From assembly GCA_964592195.1 (NCBI GenBank), contig CAZQEI010000007.1, positions 5,082 through 69,081 of the forward strand: 64,000 nucleotides of DNA, in the 5' to 3' direction. The position numbers were made by a program, and so were the translations under genes. The notes under the pieces were generated by a model that was given only the letters and a program-made list of their open reading frames with translations, was not told where the DNA came from and ran no database searches. Shown in pieces: positions 7,742-18,279 of the stretch. The DNA is from an uncultured Gammaproteobacteria bacterium (GTDB lineage Bacteria; Patescibacteriota; Patescibacteriia; UBA11705). Position 1 is the first letter of the stretch. Each line of letters starts with the position of its first letter.

Positions 7742-10585
7742 ATGACAGAAAAGAGAACGAAATTTATCATCATCGACGGGAATGCTTTGGCACATCGAGC
7801 ATGGCACGCTATTCCGCCGTTGAAAACCAAGGATGGACGCATTGTAAATGCGGCGTTTGGGTTTACTTCAATTTTATTGAGAGTATTGAAAGATTTAAAA
7901 CCAGAATATATTGCAGTAACTTTTGATTTGAAAGGTCCGACTTTTCGTCATGAAAAATTTGAAGACTACAAAGCGCAACGGGTGGCACAGGCGGATGAAT
8001 TCTACGAACAATTCCCAATTATAAAAGATATTGTCCGAGCTTTTAATATTCCCATTTACGAAGAACAAGGGTATGAAGCTGATGACGTGATCGGTACTTT
8101 GTGCAAACATCCGCAAGTGGATAAGAAAAATATTTTGTCAGTGATAGTGACTGGAGATAAGGATACCTTGCAATTAATTGATGACAATACTGAAGTATTT
8201 ACTTTGCGTAAAGGCATGAGTGATACAGTGACCTATGATACAAAAGCGGTGATTGAAAAATTCGAAGGGTTAACACCAGCTCAAATGATTGATTACAAAG
8301 CTTTGCGAGGTGATCCGTCTGATAATATTCCCGGTATTAAAGGCATTGGTGAGGTGACGGCGATTCAACTGTTAAATGAATTTGGAACATTGGAAAACCT
8401 TTACGAAGCTTTAGAAAAAAAATCAAAACAAGTCGAAACTATCAAAGAACGTATTCGCGGTTTGATTATTGATCAAAAAGAACAATGCTTGATGAGTAAA
8501 GATTTGGCAACGATTAGAACAAATGTGCCAATGAAATTTGAATTGGAAGATTGCGCGATTAAAAGTTTTAACAAAGATGAAGTCTATCGTTTGTTTTCTA
8601 GTTTGGAATTTCAAAGTTTGTTAGTTCGTTTACCGAGTGAAAGTATGGTGGTGGAGGAAGTGGAAGAGAGGAAGATGGAACAGGGTGGGTTGTTTGCAAG
8701 CGAGATAAGCAAGAATAGCGAGATAAGCGAGGTAATTAAAAAAGCAAAAAATCAAAAAAACAATAAAGCAACGGCAAACGAAATAAAGCAAGTTTACCAC
8801 CTGATTGATAATGAAGAAAAGTTTCAGGGGTTTATTAAAAAATTGGAAAAGCAAAAGATATTTGTTTTTGATACTGAGACAACTGGGTTGAATCCGCGGG
8901 TGGCGGAATTGTTGGGTGTCAGTTTTTCATGGCAGGCGGGGGAAGCCTATTATGTGGCTTTAAACGCAGAGGAGGCGAAGAAAAAAGAGTGGTTATTAAC
9001 CATGAAAAAGATATTTGAAAATGACAAAGTAAAAAAATGCGGGCAGAACATGAAATTTGATGCCATGATGTTGAAGATGAATGGCATTGAAATGGAAAAC
9101 TATTATTTCGACACCATGATTGCTTCCTATTTGTTAAATCCTGGAACCAGACAACATGGTTTAGATCATTTAGCGTTTACCTTATTTCAATATAAAAAAA
9201 TTGCGACCACCGAATTAATTGGCACAGGCAAAAAACAAATTACTATGGCCGAGGTGCCGATTGAAACTGTTTCTAATTATGCTTGTGAAGATGCAGACTT
9301 TACTTGGAGAATCTATGAAGTCTTGGAAAAAGAATTGGAAAAAGAAAATTTGAGAAAATTGTTTAATGAAATCGAAATGCCTTTGGTTCCAGTGCTAATT
9401 GAAATGGAATTTAACGGAGTAAAGATTGACGTTGATCGCATCAAAGAAATAAATCAAAAAGTTTCTCGCACCATTAAATCTTTAGAAAAGAAAATCTTTG
9501 AATTAGCCGGCGAAGAGTTTAATATCAGTTCGCCATTGCAATTGAAAGTTATTTTATTTGATAAATTGTTAATCCCAACTCAAGGATTAAAGAAAACTAA
9601 AACCGGAATTTCAACAGCGGCTCCGGAACTGGAAAAGTTAGCTGGTCAACATGAGATTATTGATTATTTATCTCAATATCGCGAGTTGACCAAGTTGAAA
9701 TCAACTTACTTGGATGCTTTACCAAAATTAATCGATAAAAAAACCGGTCGTGTTCATACCAGTTTCAATCAAACTGTGACTGCGACTGGAAGATTATCTT
9801 CCTCAGATCCAAATTTACAAAATATTCCTATTAGAAATGAGTGGGGCAAGGAAATGCGCAAAGTTTTCGTGGCTGATCATGGCAATCGTTTGATCGCGGC
9901 GGATTACTCACAGGTGGAATTGCGAGTGATTGCCTGTCTGGCCAAAGATGAAGTTATGATGGGCGTGTTTAAACGTGGCGAAGATATTCATCGAGCAACG
10001 GCAGCTAAAATTTTTGGTGTGGAACCAAAAGATGTGACCGATGATATGCGTCGCAAGGCGAAGGAAGTTAACTTCGGCGTTTTATATGGTATGGGCTCCA
10101 GTGGTTTATCCCAACGAACAGGAATTTCCCGCGTTGAAGCTAAAGAATTTATTCAAAAATATTTTGATACTTATAAACGAGTGAGAGAATACACTGAAGA
10201 GATGGTGGAACAAGCACACAAGAACGAAGTGGTAGAAACTTTATTTGGTCGTAAGCGATCGTTGACGGAAATAAACGCTAGTATGCCGATGTTGCGTGCG
10301 GCCGCAGAAAGAATGGCCGTGAACATGCCAATACAAGGCACAGCCGCTGATTTGATGAAAATTGCGATGATTGAAGTTTATAAAGAAGTGAAAAAAGTCA
10401 GTCCGAAAACCAGAATGTTACTTCAGGTTCACGATGAATTGGTGTTTGAAACTCCGTTGGCTGAAGTGGAAAAAGTAGCAAAAATCATTGATGATAAAAT
10501 GGAAAAAATTCATAAACTCGCGGTGCCGATTAAAGTGGAGACTGAGGTGGGGAAGAATTGGGATGAGATGTCTGTGGTGGCGTGA
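7742..10585 (+). CDS. polA: DNA polymerase I (5'-3' exo, 3'-5' exo-like, polymerase domains)
   Basis: 947 aa. Motifs KFIIIDGNALAHRAWHA, ADYSQVELRV, RRKAKEVNFGVLYGMG, VHDELVFE. Confidence 0.95.
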   Translation: MTEKRTKFIIIDGNALAHRAWHAIPPLKTKDGRIVNAAFGFTSILLRVLKDLKPEYIAVTFDLKGPTFRHEKFEDYKAQRVAQADEFYEQFPIIKDIVRAFNIPIYEEQGYEADDVIGTLCKHPQVDKKNILSVIVTGDKDTLQLIDDNTEVFTLRKGMSDTVTYDTKAVIEKFEGLTPAQMIDYKALRGDPSDNIPGIKGIGEVTAIQLLNEFGTLENLYEALEKKSKQVETIKERIRGLIIDQKEQCLMSKDLATIRTNVPMKFELEDCAIKSFNKDEVYRLFSSLEFQSLLVRLPSESMVVEEVEERKMEQGGLFASEISKNSEISEVIKKAKNQKNNKATANEIKQVYHLIDNEEKFQGFIKKLEKQKIFVFDTETTGLNPRVAELLGVSFSWQAGEAYYVALNAEEAKKKEWLLTMKKIFENDKVKKCGQNMKFDAMMLKMNGIEMENYYFDTMIASYLLNPGTRQHGLDHLAFTLFQYKKIATTELIGTGKKQITMAEVPIETVSNYACEDADFTWRIYEVLEKELEKENLRKLFNEIEMPLVPVLIEMEFNGVKIDVDRIKEINQKVSRTIKSLEKKIFELAGEEFNISSPLQLKVILFDKLLIPTQGLKKTKTGISTAAPELEKLAGQHEIIDYLSQYRELTKLKSTYLDALPKLIDKKTGRVHTSFNQTVTATGRLSSSDPNLQNIPIRNEWGKEMRKVFVADHGNRLIAADYSQVELRVIACLAKDEVMMGVFKRGEDIHRATAAKIFGVEPKDVTDDMRRKAKEVNFGVLYGMGSSGLSQRTGISRVEAKEFIQKYFDTYKRVREYTEEMVEQAHKNEVVETLFGRKRSLTEINASMPMLRAAAERMAVNMPIQGTAADLMKIAMIEVYKEVKKVSPKTRMLLQVHDELVFETPLAEVEKVAKIIDDKMEKIHKLAVPIKVETEVGKNWDEMSVVA

Positions 10586-10677
10586 GGAAGAAGTAACCGG
10601 TAACCCGTAATCGGTAACCAGTAAAAAGAAATTTGTTCTCGATAACTATAATCAAAAATCTAAAATCTTTAATCTTT

Positions 10678-11877
10678 GTGTCCACGCACGAAACAATTAA
10701 TCTCACCGGCACTGTTACTCCTGAAAATCAAGGGAGTTTAGTTGACGTTAACGAGGAATTGCATAAAACGAGTGAAGCGATTAAACAACAAGGGAGGACA
10801 CCGGAAAATGTGTTGAGGGCTTTAGCCTTGGTAACTAAAATGGGCGATATTGTTAAGCAAGAAAAACAGGAAATTAAAAAAATACATGTAGATTTTAGCA
10901 AGTTTGAAGAATTGGAAAGAATTGAAAATATAAGAGAGGGTGTTTCCAATATTAATTTTTTAGCGCCTGATAGTTTAATCTTTTCTCTAAAACATCTAAC
11001 TGATGATAAAGAGTTGTTGTATTCAATGAAATTGGATGATTCTCAGACGGTCGCACGTATGCTGAATCCTTCAGGTGGGGCGTTATCTGTCAGCCCCGGG
11101 TTGGATTTTATGGACGCTAGCCAATCTGAATTTTTGGTTTATGGTGGTTCTGATGGTTTGCGAGTTTTGGATTGTAGAAAAAAGGGTGAAGAAAATCTTG
11201 TCTATCTGCCACTGAATGGGATTGCATGTAAGTTTGCCATTTCTTTGGATGATGAAGAAGTTATAACTAATGATGAAGATGGCTTCCAGATTATCCATGG
11301 AGTCCATCCTTTTGTATCAAGAAAGTCGGTGCGTTCAAAAGATTTGATTACTGATTCAATTGGTAGAATTGAGTGTGGGGTTAAGTTAAAGAATGGCAAA
11401 ATAGCGTTTGGAACGGCAGAGGGTGGGTTAGTGGTGTATGATATTGGAAATAATAGTATGTTGAGGGTGCGGGTTGATAATATATTACCGAAATATTCAT
11501 TAATCAGTTTAGCGGAATATGATGATAATAAAGTCCGGGGTGTCTATTTGAGAGTGGGCACAACTACTGCCAAATTTGTAAATTTTGACACAGAAACTGG
11601 TGAGGCGATTCCTTGTGGAGATGCGTCGTTTACCGCCTCGACAATGATGCCATTAGAAAATGGTTTAATTGCTTTTGCTTCCGGTTATAACATATCAATT
11701 GTAAATGGAGAAACCAACAAGTTAGTAACACTTTTAAAGGGTAAAAAAAATGGTAGAAGTACTGGTAAAATTGATCAAAGAATAACTGGTATGACTCGTT
11801 TGCCTGATGGACGAATAGTAGTATGTCGTGAAGATGGAAATATTGTTTTTTATGGTGATCCAGATGTTAGCGAGTAG
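10678..11877 (+). CDS. paralog family member 1: conserved N-terminal about 45 aa and C-terminal RLPDGRIV..DG..FYGDPDV, variable repeat-rich core (beta-propeller-like by inference)
   Basis: GTG start gives MSTHETINLTGTVTPENQGSLVDVNEELHKTSEAIK. Repeated xNGxIAFGTxxGxLVVYD blade-like units. Confidence 0.6.
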   Translation: MSTHETINLTGTVTPENQGSLVDVNEELHKTSEAIKQQGRTPENVLRALALVTKMGDIVKQEKQEIKKIHVDFSKFEELERIENIREGVSNINFLAPDSLIFSLKHLTDDKELLYSMKLDDSQTVARMLNPSGGALSVSPGLDFMDASQSEFLVYGGSDGLRVLDCRKKGEENLVYLPLNGIACKFAISLDDEEVITNDEDGFQIIHGVHPFVSRKSVRSKDLITDSIGRIECGVKLKNGKIAFGTAEGGLVVYDIGNNSMLRVRVDNILPKYSLISLAEYDDNKVRGVYLRVGTTTAKFVNFDTETGEAIPCGDASFTASTMMPLENGLIAFASGYNISIVNGETNKLVTLLKGKKNGRSTGKIDQRITGMTRLPDGRIVVCREDGNIVFYGDPDVSE

Positions 11878-12027
11878 GTGCGAGGGATGAGGTATGAGGG
11901 ATGAGCTATGAGCGGTTAGCGTTAAGCGGTAAGCGGTTAGGGATTGGAATTAAGAATTAAGAATAAAAATATAATTGAATTCGTATCACGTTTAACGTAT
12001 CACGCTTTACGAATTACGAATAACGAA
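11878..12027. repeat. degenerate 9-bp tandem array (GAGCGGTTA / GAATTAAGA / CGTATCACG / TTACGAAT units) abutting the next start codon
   Basis: gatgagctatgagcggttagcg...gaattaagaattaagaa...cgtatcacgctttacgaattacgaataacgaa then ATG. Confidence 0.7.
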
Positions 12028-13236
12028 ATGTCATTTAACGAAACAATTAATCTCACCGGCACTGTTGCTCCTGAAAATAAAGGGAGCTTAGTTGACGTCA
12101 ATGAAAAACTGCATGAAACGAGCGAGGCGATTAAAAGACAAGGACCAACGTCGGGAAATGTGTTGCGAGCTTTGGCGTTGGTGGAGGAAATGAGTGGACT
12201 TGTTCGTGAAAATAGTTTTGGTAATTTTGAGCATAAAGATTTTGCCAAGTTCGAAGAGTTGGATCGGGTGGAATTGAGAATGACATGTTTGGAACAAGTT
12301 GATTTTTTACCTCCGCATTATGTTGTCGTCTCCGGCGTGAGTCAAGCCGTGCATGTTCTTGATTTAACCAAAATGGAAGATAGATCTTCTATCGAAGATA
12401 TTTTAGTCACGAAAAATACAAAAAGAGGAGATTTGAGTGAATTAGTCGCTGACGAGAGGGGTAAATTTGATGCTTTGATAAAACTGAATAGTAAGGCAAT
12501 CGTATATTTACAAGATTATACTTGGTATCGCAAAGAAAAATTCAGTCATAATAATAGATATCCCACTCCTTTGCGACCACGATTCATGCTAAATCTCGAA
12601 AATGGAAAGATGTTGACTAATGATACCGACGGATATCAAGTGTTGGATTTTTCAAGCGGCATTAGGGAAACATCAATGCGTTCAGGTTTCAATATACCCG
12701 ATCAAGAACTCGGACAGCTGACATGCGGGATTAGAATGAAAAATGGACGAGTGGCTCTGGGAAATGAATCTGGTGAATTAATGATTGTTGATCCCCATGA
12801 TAAGCAAGCTTTGAAATGGCGCAGTCGAATTACAGATGATACGGATCGTTATTCGGTACAAAACATTGTTGAATATGATGATAATAAATTATTACTTATA
12901 ATTAACGAAAAGAATAAACCGAATAGTGATAATTTGGTTTTGTCTATTGATTTTAATGCCTCTGCTCCTGATTTTGTTCATAAATTTCAATATCGAAATA
13001 CTGTAATGTTGGGCTTGGGAGGTGGTAAAATTGTTTTTCCTACAGGCTGGACATTGAATTTCGAAGATGCGGATAAGTCTTTGATTATTAATGTAATTTC
13101 TAATAAAAAAGATTTTGTGAACGATGGACCTAGTAATGAACATATTGTTTCCATGATGCGTTTGCCTGATGGCAGAATCGTGGCGGGAAGAATTGACGGG
13201 ACGGTGGTGTTTTATGGGGAAGCGAGAGAAGAATAA
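12028..13236 (+). CDS. paralog family member 2
   Basis: MSFNETINLTGTVAPENKGSLVDVNEKLHETSEAIK ... RLPDGRIVAGRIDGTVVFYGE. Confidence 0.6.
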   Translation: MSFNETINLTGTVAPENKGSLVDVNEKLHETSEAIKRQGPTSGNVLRALALVEEMSGLVRENSFGNFEHKDFAKFEELDRVELRMTCLEQVDFLPPHYVVVSGVSQAVHVLDLTKMEDRSSIEDILVTKNTKRGDLSELVADERGKFDALIKLNSKAIVYLQDYTWYRKEKFSHNNRYPTPLRPRFMLNLENGKMLTNDTDGYQVLDFSSGIRETSMRSGFNIPDQELGQLTCGIRMKNGRVALGNESGELMIVDPHDKQALKWRSRITDDTDRYSVQNIVEYDDNKLLLIINEKNKPNSDNLVLSIDFNASAPDFVHKFQYRNTVMLGLGGGKIVFPTGWTLNFEDADKSLIINVISNKKDFVNDGPSNEHIVSMMRLPDGRIVAGRIDGTVVFYGEAREE

Positions 13237-13466
13237 AGAATTAGGAAGTAAGGGATGAGCTATGAGCGGTTAGCGGTAAGCGGTAAGTGATTAGGGATTG
13301 GAATTAAGAATTAAGAAGTAAGGGATAAGGAATGAGCGATTAGCGATTGGCGGCAAGCGATTAGGAGTTAGAATTAAGAATTAAGAATTAAGAATAAAAA
13401 ATCTAATTGAATTCGTATTACGTTTAACGTTTAACGTATCACGCTTTACGAATTACGAATAACGAA
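13237..13466. repeat. degenerate 9-bp tandem array, same unit families
   Basis: gagcggttagcggtaagcg...gaattaagaa...cgtttaacgtatcacgctttacgaattacgaataacgaa then ATG. Confidence 0.7.
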
Positions 13467-14678
13467 ATGTCATTTAACGAAACAATTAATCTCACTGGCA
13501 CTGTTGCTCCTGATAAACAAGGGAGCATAGTTGACGTCAATGAAAAATTGCACGAAACGAGTGAGGCGATAAAAAAACATGGCCGAACGCCGGAAAATAT
13601 TCGGCGAGCTTTGGATTTAGTTCAAGAAATGTCTAGATTAATTCCGAGAGAGATAAATTTCAGAGAATTTAAACACAAAAACATTAAAAATTTTAAAGAA
13701 TTGGATCGGTTACACGATGTTGGTGTTGGTTTGTGCTCGGTGAACTATTTATCACCTGACAAACTAGTGGTGTCTTACGCCCAAGAAGCAAAACCGAAGG
13801 TTATTGATCTTAGTAAAATTGTAAACAGAGATTTTGAACAAGATGTTTTTGTTGAAGATATAAAAACTGATAAAAGAGTTAATATTGCAACTCGAGAATC
13901 GAATAAACAAGATTATTGGTGTGAGTTGAATGAAAATGATTTTGCTTATATAAACAAAGGAAGAATAACTTTTTGCGTTGATGGCGTTTCTAGGCAAATA
14001 TCTTATCCAAGAGGACATAAATTTTGTTTACCACTTGAAGACCATTTTGTATTGACAGACTCTGATTCAGGTTTTTTGGTGGTTGATTATAAAAATCCTG
14101 AGTACCCTATTGTTAAACGATCGGGTGAAATGATGCCTGATTTAACACTTGGAAAATTACACTCAGCAATTAAATTACAAAATGGTAATTTCGTTTTTGG
14201 TACTGATAACAATGAAATTGCGGTTGTAGATTTTAATAATCAAAATGCACCATTGGTTTGGCACGACGAAATGCCAGGTGGATTTGAATCAGATGTGATA
14301 AAAATTGTTGAATATGCTCCAAATAGATTATATGTCATTTCCAGGAGAAGAACTGGAGGAAATGATTTGATGCTGATTGCTGTTGATATTAATACGTATT
14401 CTATGAGATTGAAGGAATCTAGATTCCCCTCGCAGTATATGCTTCCGTTAGGTGATGGTTTTGTTTGTTACGCAGACGGTTACAGACTTTTTATAAAAGA
14501 CTTAAATACAAACAAAGATGGCAAAGTTATTTATGGAGAATTTGGGGAGCCTAGCGCAGGACCAAAAGAAAGCCAAATTACAGATTTGATTCGATTACCT
14601 GATGGGCGACTCGTGGTTAGTAGATTAGATGGGAAGGTAATATTTTATGGTGATCCCGATGTTGATAATGAGGTGTGA
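13467..14678 (+). CDS. paralog family member 3
   Basis: MSFNETINLTGTVAPDKQGSIVDVNEKLHETSEAIK ... RLPDGRLVVSRLDGKVIFYGDPDV. Confidence 0.6.
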   Translation: MSFNETINLTGTVAPDKQGSIVDVNEKLHETSEAIKKHGRTPENIRRALDLVQEMSRLIPREINFREFKHKNIKNFKELDRLHDVGVGLCSVNYLSPDKLVVSYAQEAKPKVIDLSKIVNRDFEQDVFVEDIKTDKRVNIATRESNKQDYWCELNENDFAYINKGRITFCVDGVSRQISYPRGHKFCLPLEDHFVLTDSDSGFLVVDYKNPEYPIVKRSGEMMPDLTLGKLHSAIKLQNGNFVFGTDNNEIAVVDFNNQNAPLVWHDEMPGGFESDVIKIVEYAPNRLYVISRRRTGGNDLMLIAVDINTYSMRLKESRFPSQYMLPLGDGFVCYADGYRLFIKDLNTNKDGKVIYGEFGEPSAGPKESQITDLIRLPDGRLVVSRLDGKVIFYGDPDVDNEV

Positions 14679-14679
14679 G

Positions 14680-14835
14680 GAAATAGTATTAAGAAGTAAG
14701 AAGTAAGGGATAAGGAGAAGGAGAAGGAGAAGGAGAAAGTAATAAGTAACCAGTAACCTGTAACCGGTAACCAGTAACCAGAAAAGGTACTCTGTAAGTA
14801 TAATCTCGTATTACGCTTTACGAATTACGAATACC
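14680..14835. repeat. degenerate tandem array (AAGGAGAAGGAG, GTAACCAGT, TTACGAAT units)
   Basis: aaggagaaggagaaggagaagg...gtaaccagtaacctgtaaccggtaaccagtaacc...cgctttacgaattacgaataccgag. Confidence 0.65.
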
Positions 14836-14902
14836 GAGTTCCCAATTGACATTAATCATGAATTAATTTAACATAACTAAGCTCTTCAAAAGGGGGGAAC
14901 AT

Positions 14903-15508
14903 ATGACAAAGCTATTAATAGGCTCGAATAATCCGGCGAAGTTGGCGACTTTTAAATTGTTGCTGGATGATTATGGTTTTGATGTTGTTTCTCCGAAGGA
15001 AATTGGAATTAACGAAGATGTGGAAGAAACGGGAAAAACTTTTGAAGAAAATGCTCTTTTGAAAGCTAAGTTTTATCATGAGAAATCAGGGTTACCAACT
15101 TTGGCTGATGATGGTGGTATTGAAATCGATGCGCTTGATGGCGCACCGGGTGTTTACTCTCATCGTTGGGCAGGGGAACCACCTGAAGGTGTGGACGTTG
15201 ATCAACATTTGCTCAATACCACCTTGGAAAAAATGAAAGACGTTCCAGCGGAAAAAAGAACGGCTCAGCTGGCTAGCACGTTATGTTTAATTTTACCGGG
15301 AAAAGAACCTGTCTTTGTTAATTCAGGGATAAAAGGCCACATCACTAGCGAACAACAAGCGCCGATTCGACATGGTTTTCCGTATCGTTCAATATTTGTT
15401 TCCGATGATATGGGCAAGTTGTTGGCTTTAGCAACGGAGGAAGACTTGAAACGATTTGATCACCGGAAGAACGCACTGAAGCAGTTGGATAAATATTTGA
15501 GAAGTTAA
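14903..15508 (+). CDS. rdgB: non-canonical purine NTP pyrophosphatase (RdgB/Ham1 family)
   Basis: LIGSNNPAKL N-terminus, about 200 aa, Ham1-like motifs. GGGGAA RBS. Confidence 0.7.
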   Translation: MTKLLIGSNNPAKLATFKLLLDDYGFDVVSPKEIGINEDVEETGKTFEENALLKAKFYHEKSGLPTLADDGGIEIDALDGAPGVYSHRWAGEPPEGVDVDQHLLNTTLEKMKDVPAEKRTAQLASTLCLILPGKEPVFVNSGIKGHITSEQQAPIRHGFPYRSIFVSDDMGKLLALATEEDLKRFDHRKNALKQLDKYLRS

Positions 15509-15515
15509 AAATAGA

Positions 15516-15538
15516 CCTCGCGATTGCGGGGTTTTTTT
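15516..15538 (+). terminator. rho-independent terminator, CCTCGCnnTGCGGGG hairpin family
   Basis: CCTCGCGATTGCGGGG followed by T7. Confidence 0.7.
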
Positions 15539-15830
15539 GTATTACCGATATACTGATTGATTACCGATTTTACAGATATTACGGATGTATTACTGATAAA
15601 GATTTATGAATTTACTACGGATAATATAAGAAAACACATTTTAAGAGATTGCTTCGTCGTCTAACTCCTCGCAAAATAGTAACCTATTCTGTCCCGAAGG
15701 GATCCCTTTGGGACGAGCCCCGAGATAATCGAGGGGCGTGGCAGTCTCAAAATCATTTTGCTATTTGTTACATGTTCTATGCTACATGTTACATGTTTTT
15801 GCTAATTTTATACAAAATGCTATGCTTTAA

Positions 15831-15859
15831 TTGACAGGCTCTGCCTGAGAAGATAAGAT
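15831..15859 (+). promoter_or_regulatory. sigma70-like promoter TTGACA-N17-TAAGAT
   Basis: Followed by AAGGAGG and ATG 15902. Confidence 0.45.
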
Positions 15860-15901
15860 GAAAAGTCGCTCATTGACAACAAAACACCCAAGGAGGACAT
15901 C

Positions 15902-18271
15902 ATGGCTATCAAGACTGCTACTCAGTTGGGCTTTGATGCCATCAATGGGATTGTGCAGGATCGGCGGTTGGCGCGACAAATTTTGTCTTTGACCGCTTTT
16001 CGTATTCAGTTCTCGGAAGGTTTTATTGAATTAATGGCGCCGAATATGAAGGAACGCGCGTTGTTGGAAAAGTTTGTGTTTCACGCTGATTTGAAAGATC
16101 TCGGTCATCGTTTGTTGCAGATTCATCTGGAAAAAATTATTCTGGGAATTATTCTGGACATTTATCAAACTGAGATTTTGAAGCAGTCGATTCCCAAGGA
16201 TAACTTCAAAGTGCTAGTTGATTGTTTGCATCTGGATTTGATGCTTCAAATTCAGCATGAAAAAACAGAATCGGATTCTTCATCTGTGAGTGATGATCAA
16301 TTTGTTATCATCGCGACTGAAGCTGAAGTGAATATTGAAGCTGGCGCTCTGATGGTCGCGCAACATGAACAGAAGATGCTTTCAATCCAGTCGCCAATGA
16401 ATTATTTAGCTTCACCGGAAGGTCAACAAAAATTCAAGGCGTTTATTGAAGAAAAGTTAATGCAGACAGTTCAAGATTTGGTTGATTTACCAAGAATCTC
16501 TGATCCAACCTTGTTCGCTGAAAAACTTCGTTCTGTCAGCTCTATGATGCGTAACAATCTTAAGCAAGATGATTTTATCCAAGCCGCAACTATGAACTTC
16601 GATGAACGTCCGCCCGAGTCACGTCGCGTGATCGCGGAAGTTTTGAAACATCATGGTTTGAATCCGACTCTGTTGGATAATGTCGCATTCCTGTGCTCAG
16701 ATCGTCCGGCAGCAGTGCAAATCGAGTCAATCAATGTGCTGGTTCGTTGTTTGGACAAGACTGTGGATCAAACTGAAACTGATTTAGCTGCGATTTCCTT
16801 GTTGAAAGTCTTTGCCGAAGGCGCAAAAGTGGAAGTGCAAGTGCACGCCCTTCGCGCTTTAGCGAATAACGCGCAGATCATTCTTCAACGTTTGCCAAAT
16901 TTTCTCGAACGCGGTCGCATTCTGGATACGGTTAAAACAGTTTTGCTGGAAAATCCCACGGCGTTTGTTGAAGATGCCAAACGATTGCTGTTGCATTTCG
17001 GTTTCTTCAAGCGTGACCTGGTAGTCAATTCACTCCTTGATGAACTGCAAAATGTTTCTGATTCAGATGTTATTTGCGTTTACCTGGACCTAGTTGAAGA
17101 TTTGGCTGATAATGATCATGATAAAATTCAAGCCTTCAGTAAGCGATGGAAACTGTTTGAAACTGTTCAAGTCACTCGGCCGGATTTGGCGGAAAAGATT
17201 GAAAAACAATTTCGAGCTCAAGTGCCTAATTCATTGTTGAATTTGTTTACTATTTTCCCTGAATTATCAGTTGAAATGAAAGTGTATTTTGTTGGTGTGC
17301 TTGATGACATCTTCGCGGCTAGAATTAAACAATCAGACTCTGATACTTGTCAATTGATTGCCAAAGAGTTTTATCGCTGGGCGGTTAAAGATCACGAAGA
17401 CGTGGCGCGAGCCATTCTTCTCGGTCATACTGTTTACTGTCTGCGGTTGGATAACAACTATTTGAGTCGGTATTGGCCTTGCATTCTTAGAACTTTGACT
17501 TGGTTGCAAACGCAAGAAAATTTTGAAACGCGTTTGTTGGAATCTGAACATTTGCATTGGATGGAAATGGTCGCTTTGTTGGAAAAAAGCCGTGGTTTGG
17601 AAATGAAAATGTGGTTGGCTAAGGTGGCTGTTCAAAAAGCTTGTAAATTGTCATTGACTTCCAGGACGGTAAGCGCGAATCTGGTCGAGTATCAAAAAAG
17701 TTTGACCAATTTGCTTTTGGCGATCAATAAAATGATTGTTGAAATGACGCTTAGTCATAGTGAATTAGTTACGGTGTTCAGATTCTGTCAGGAATTGGTT
17801 CGTTCTCCTTTGGCAAATGAAAAGTTTGTTAACACCATGATTTTGGAAGTTCAGCTGGCTATCTCTGGAAAGTCAGATAACTACAAGAAATTGTTAATCG
17901 TTCTCTTTACCAATCTGGCAGATAGTCCGTTGATTACCGCTAGAATGGTGACTGAATGTTTGCGTGTCTTTATTCTTACTGTGGAACAAGACATTCCACC
18001 GTTACCAGAAAGTGGACCACCAGCCGTACCGGCATCAGTGCCCGAACTGGTGGAAAAAGCTTTTGCTGGTATGGCGGCGATTATTAACGGTGGTCGTTTG
18101 CCAGATGTGGCAAAGTTCAGTCTGAATCGTAAGTTGCGAGAATGGCATAGTCAGCGTCCGAAGGTCATGACCGGTTATATTCCCGGTTGTCAAACAACAG
18201 AAGTGGAAGATGATTTTAAATCTCAATTGGCTCGGTTAATGGATCTGATCAAGGCTACGAATATTAGTTAA
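15902..18271 (+). CDS. large (789 aa) helical-repeat protein of unknown function
   Basis: Long ORF with a strong RBS, Leu-rich and alpha-helical with ARM/HEAT-like composition. No motif recognised. Confidence 0.6.
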   Translation: MAIKTATQLGFDAINGIVQDRRLARQILSLTAFRIQFSEGFIELMAPNMKERALLEKFVFHADLKDLGHRLLQIHLEKIILGIILDIYQTEILKQSIPKDNFKVLVDCLHLDLMLQIQHEKTESDSSSVSDDQFVIIATEAEVNIEAGALMVAQHEQKMLSIQSPMNYLASPEGQQKFKAFIEEKLMQTVQDLVDLPRISDPTLFAEKLRSVSSMMRNNLKQDDFIQAATMNFDERPPESRRVIAEVLKHHGLNPTLLDNVAFLCSDRPAAVQIESINVLVRCLDKTVDQTETDLAAISLLKVFAEGAKVEVQVHALRALANNAQIILQRLPNFLERGRILDTVKTVLLENPTAFVEDAKRLLLHFGFFKRDLVVNSLLDELQNVSDSDVICVYLDLVEDLADNDHDKIQAFSKRWKLFETVQVTRPDLAEKIEKQFRAQVPNSLLNLFTIFPELSVEMKVYFVGVLDDIFAARIKQSDSDTCQLIAKEFYRWAVKDHEDVARAILLGHTVYCLRLDNNYLSRYWPCILRTLTWLQTQENFETRLLESEHLHWMEMVALLEKSRGLEMKMWLAKVAVQKACKLSLTSRTVSANLVEYQKSLTNLLLAINKMIVEMTLSHSELVTVFRFCQELVRSPLANEKFVNTMILEVQLAISGKSDNYKKLLIVLFTNLADSPLITARMVTECLRVFILTVEQDIPPLPESGPPAVPASVPELVEKAFAGMAAIINGGRLPDVAKFSLNRKLREWHSQRPKVMTGYIPGCQTTEVEDDFKSQLARLMDLIKATNIS

Positions 18272-18279
18272 AAATAATA

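Noticed and set aside
11878-13466. Degenerate tandem arrays considered as a possible CRISPR array
   Set aside because: The units are about 9 bp and degenerate, with no 25-40-bp direct repeats separated by unique spacers of constant length. No cas genes are present.
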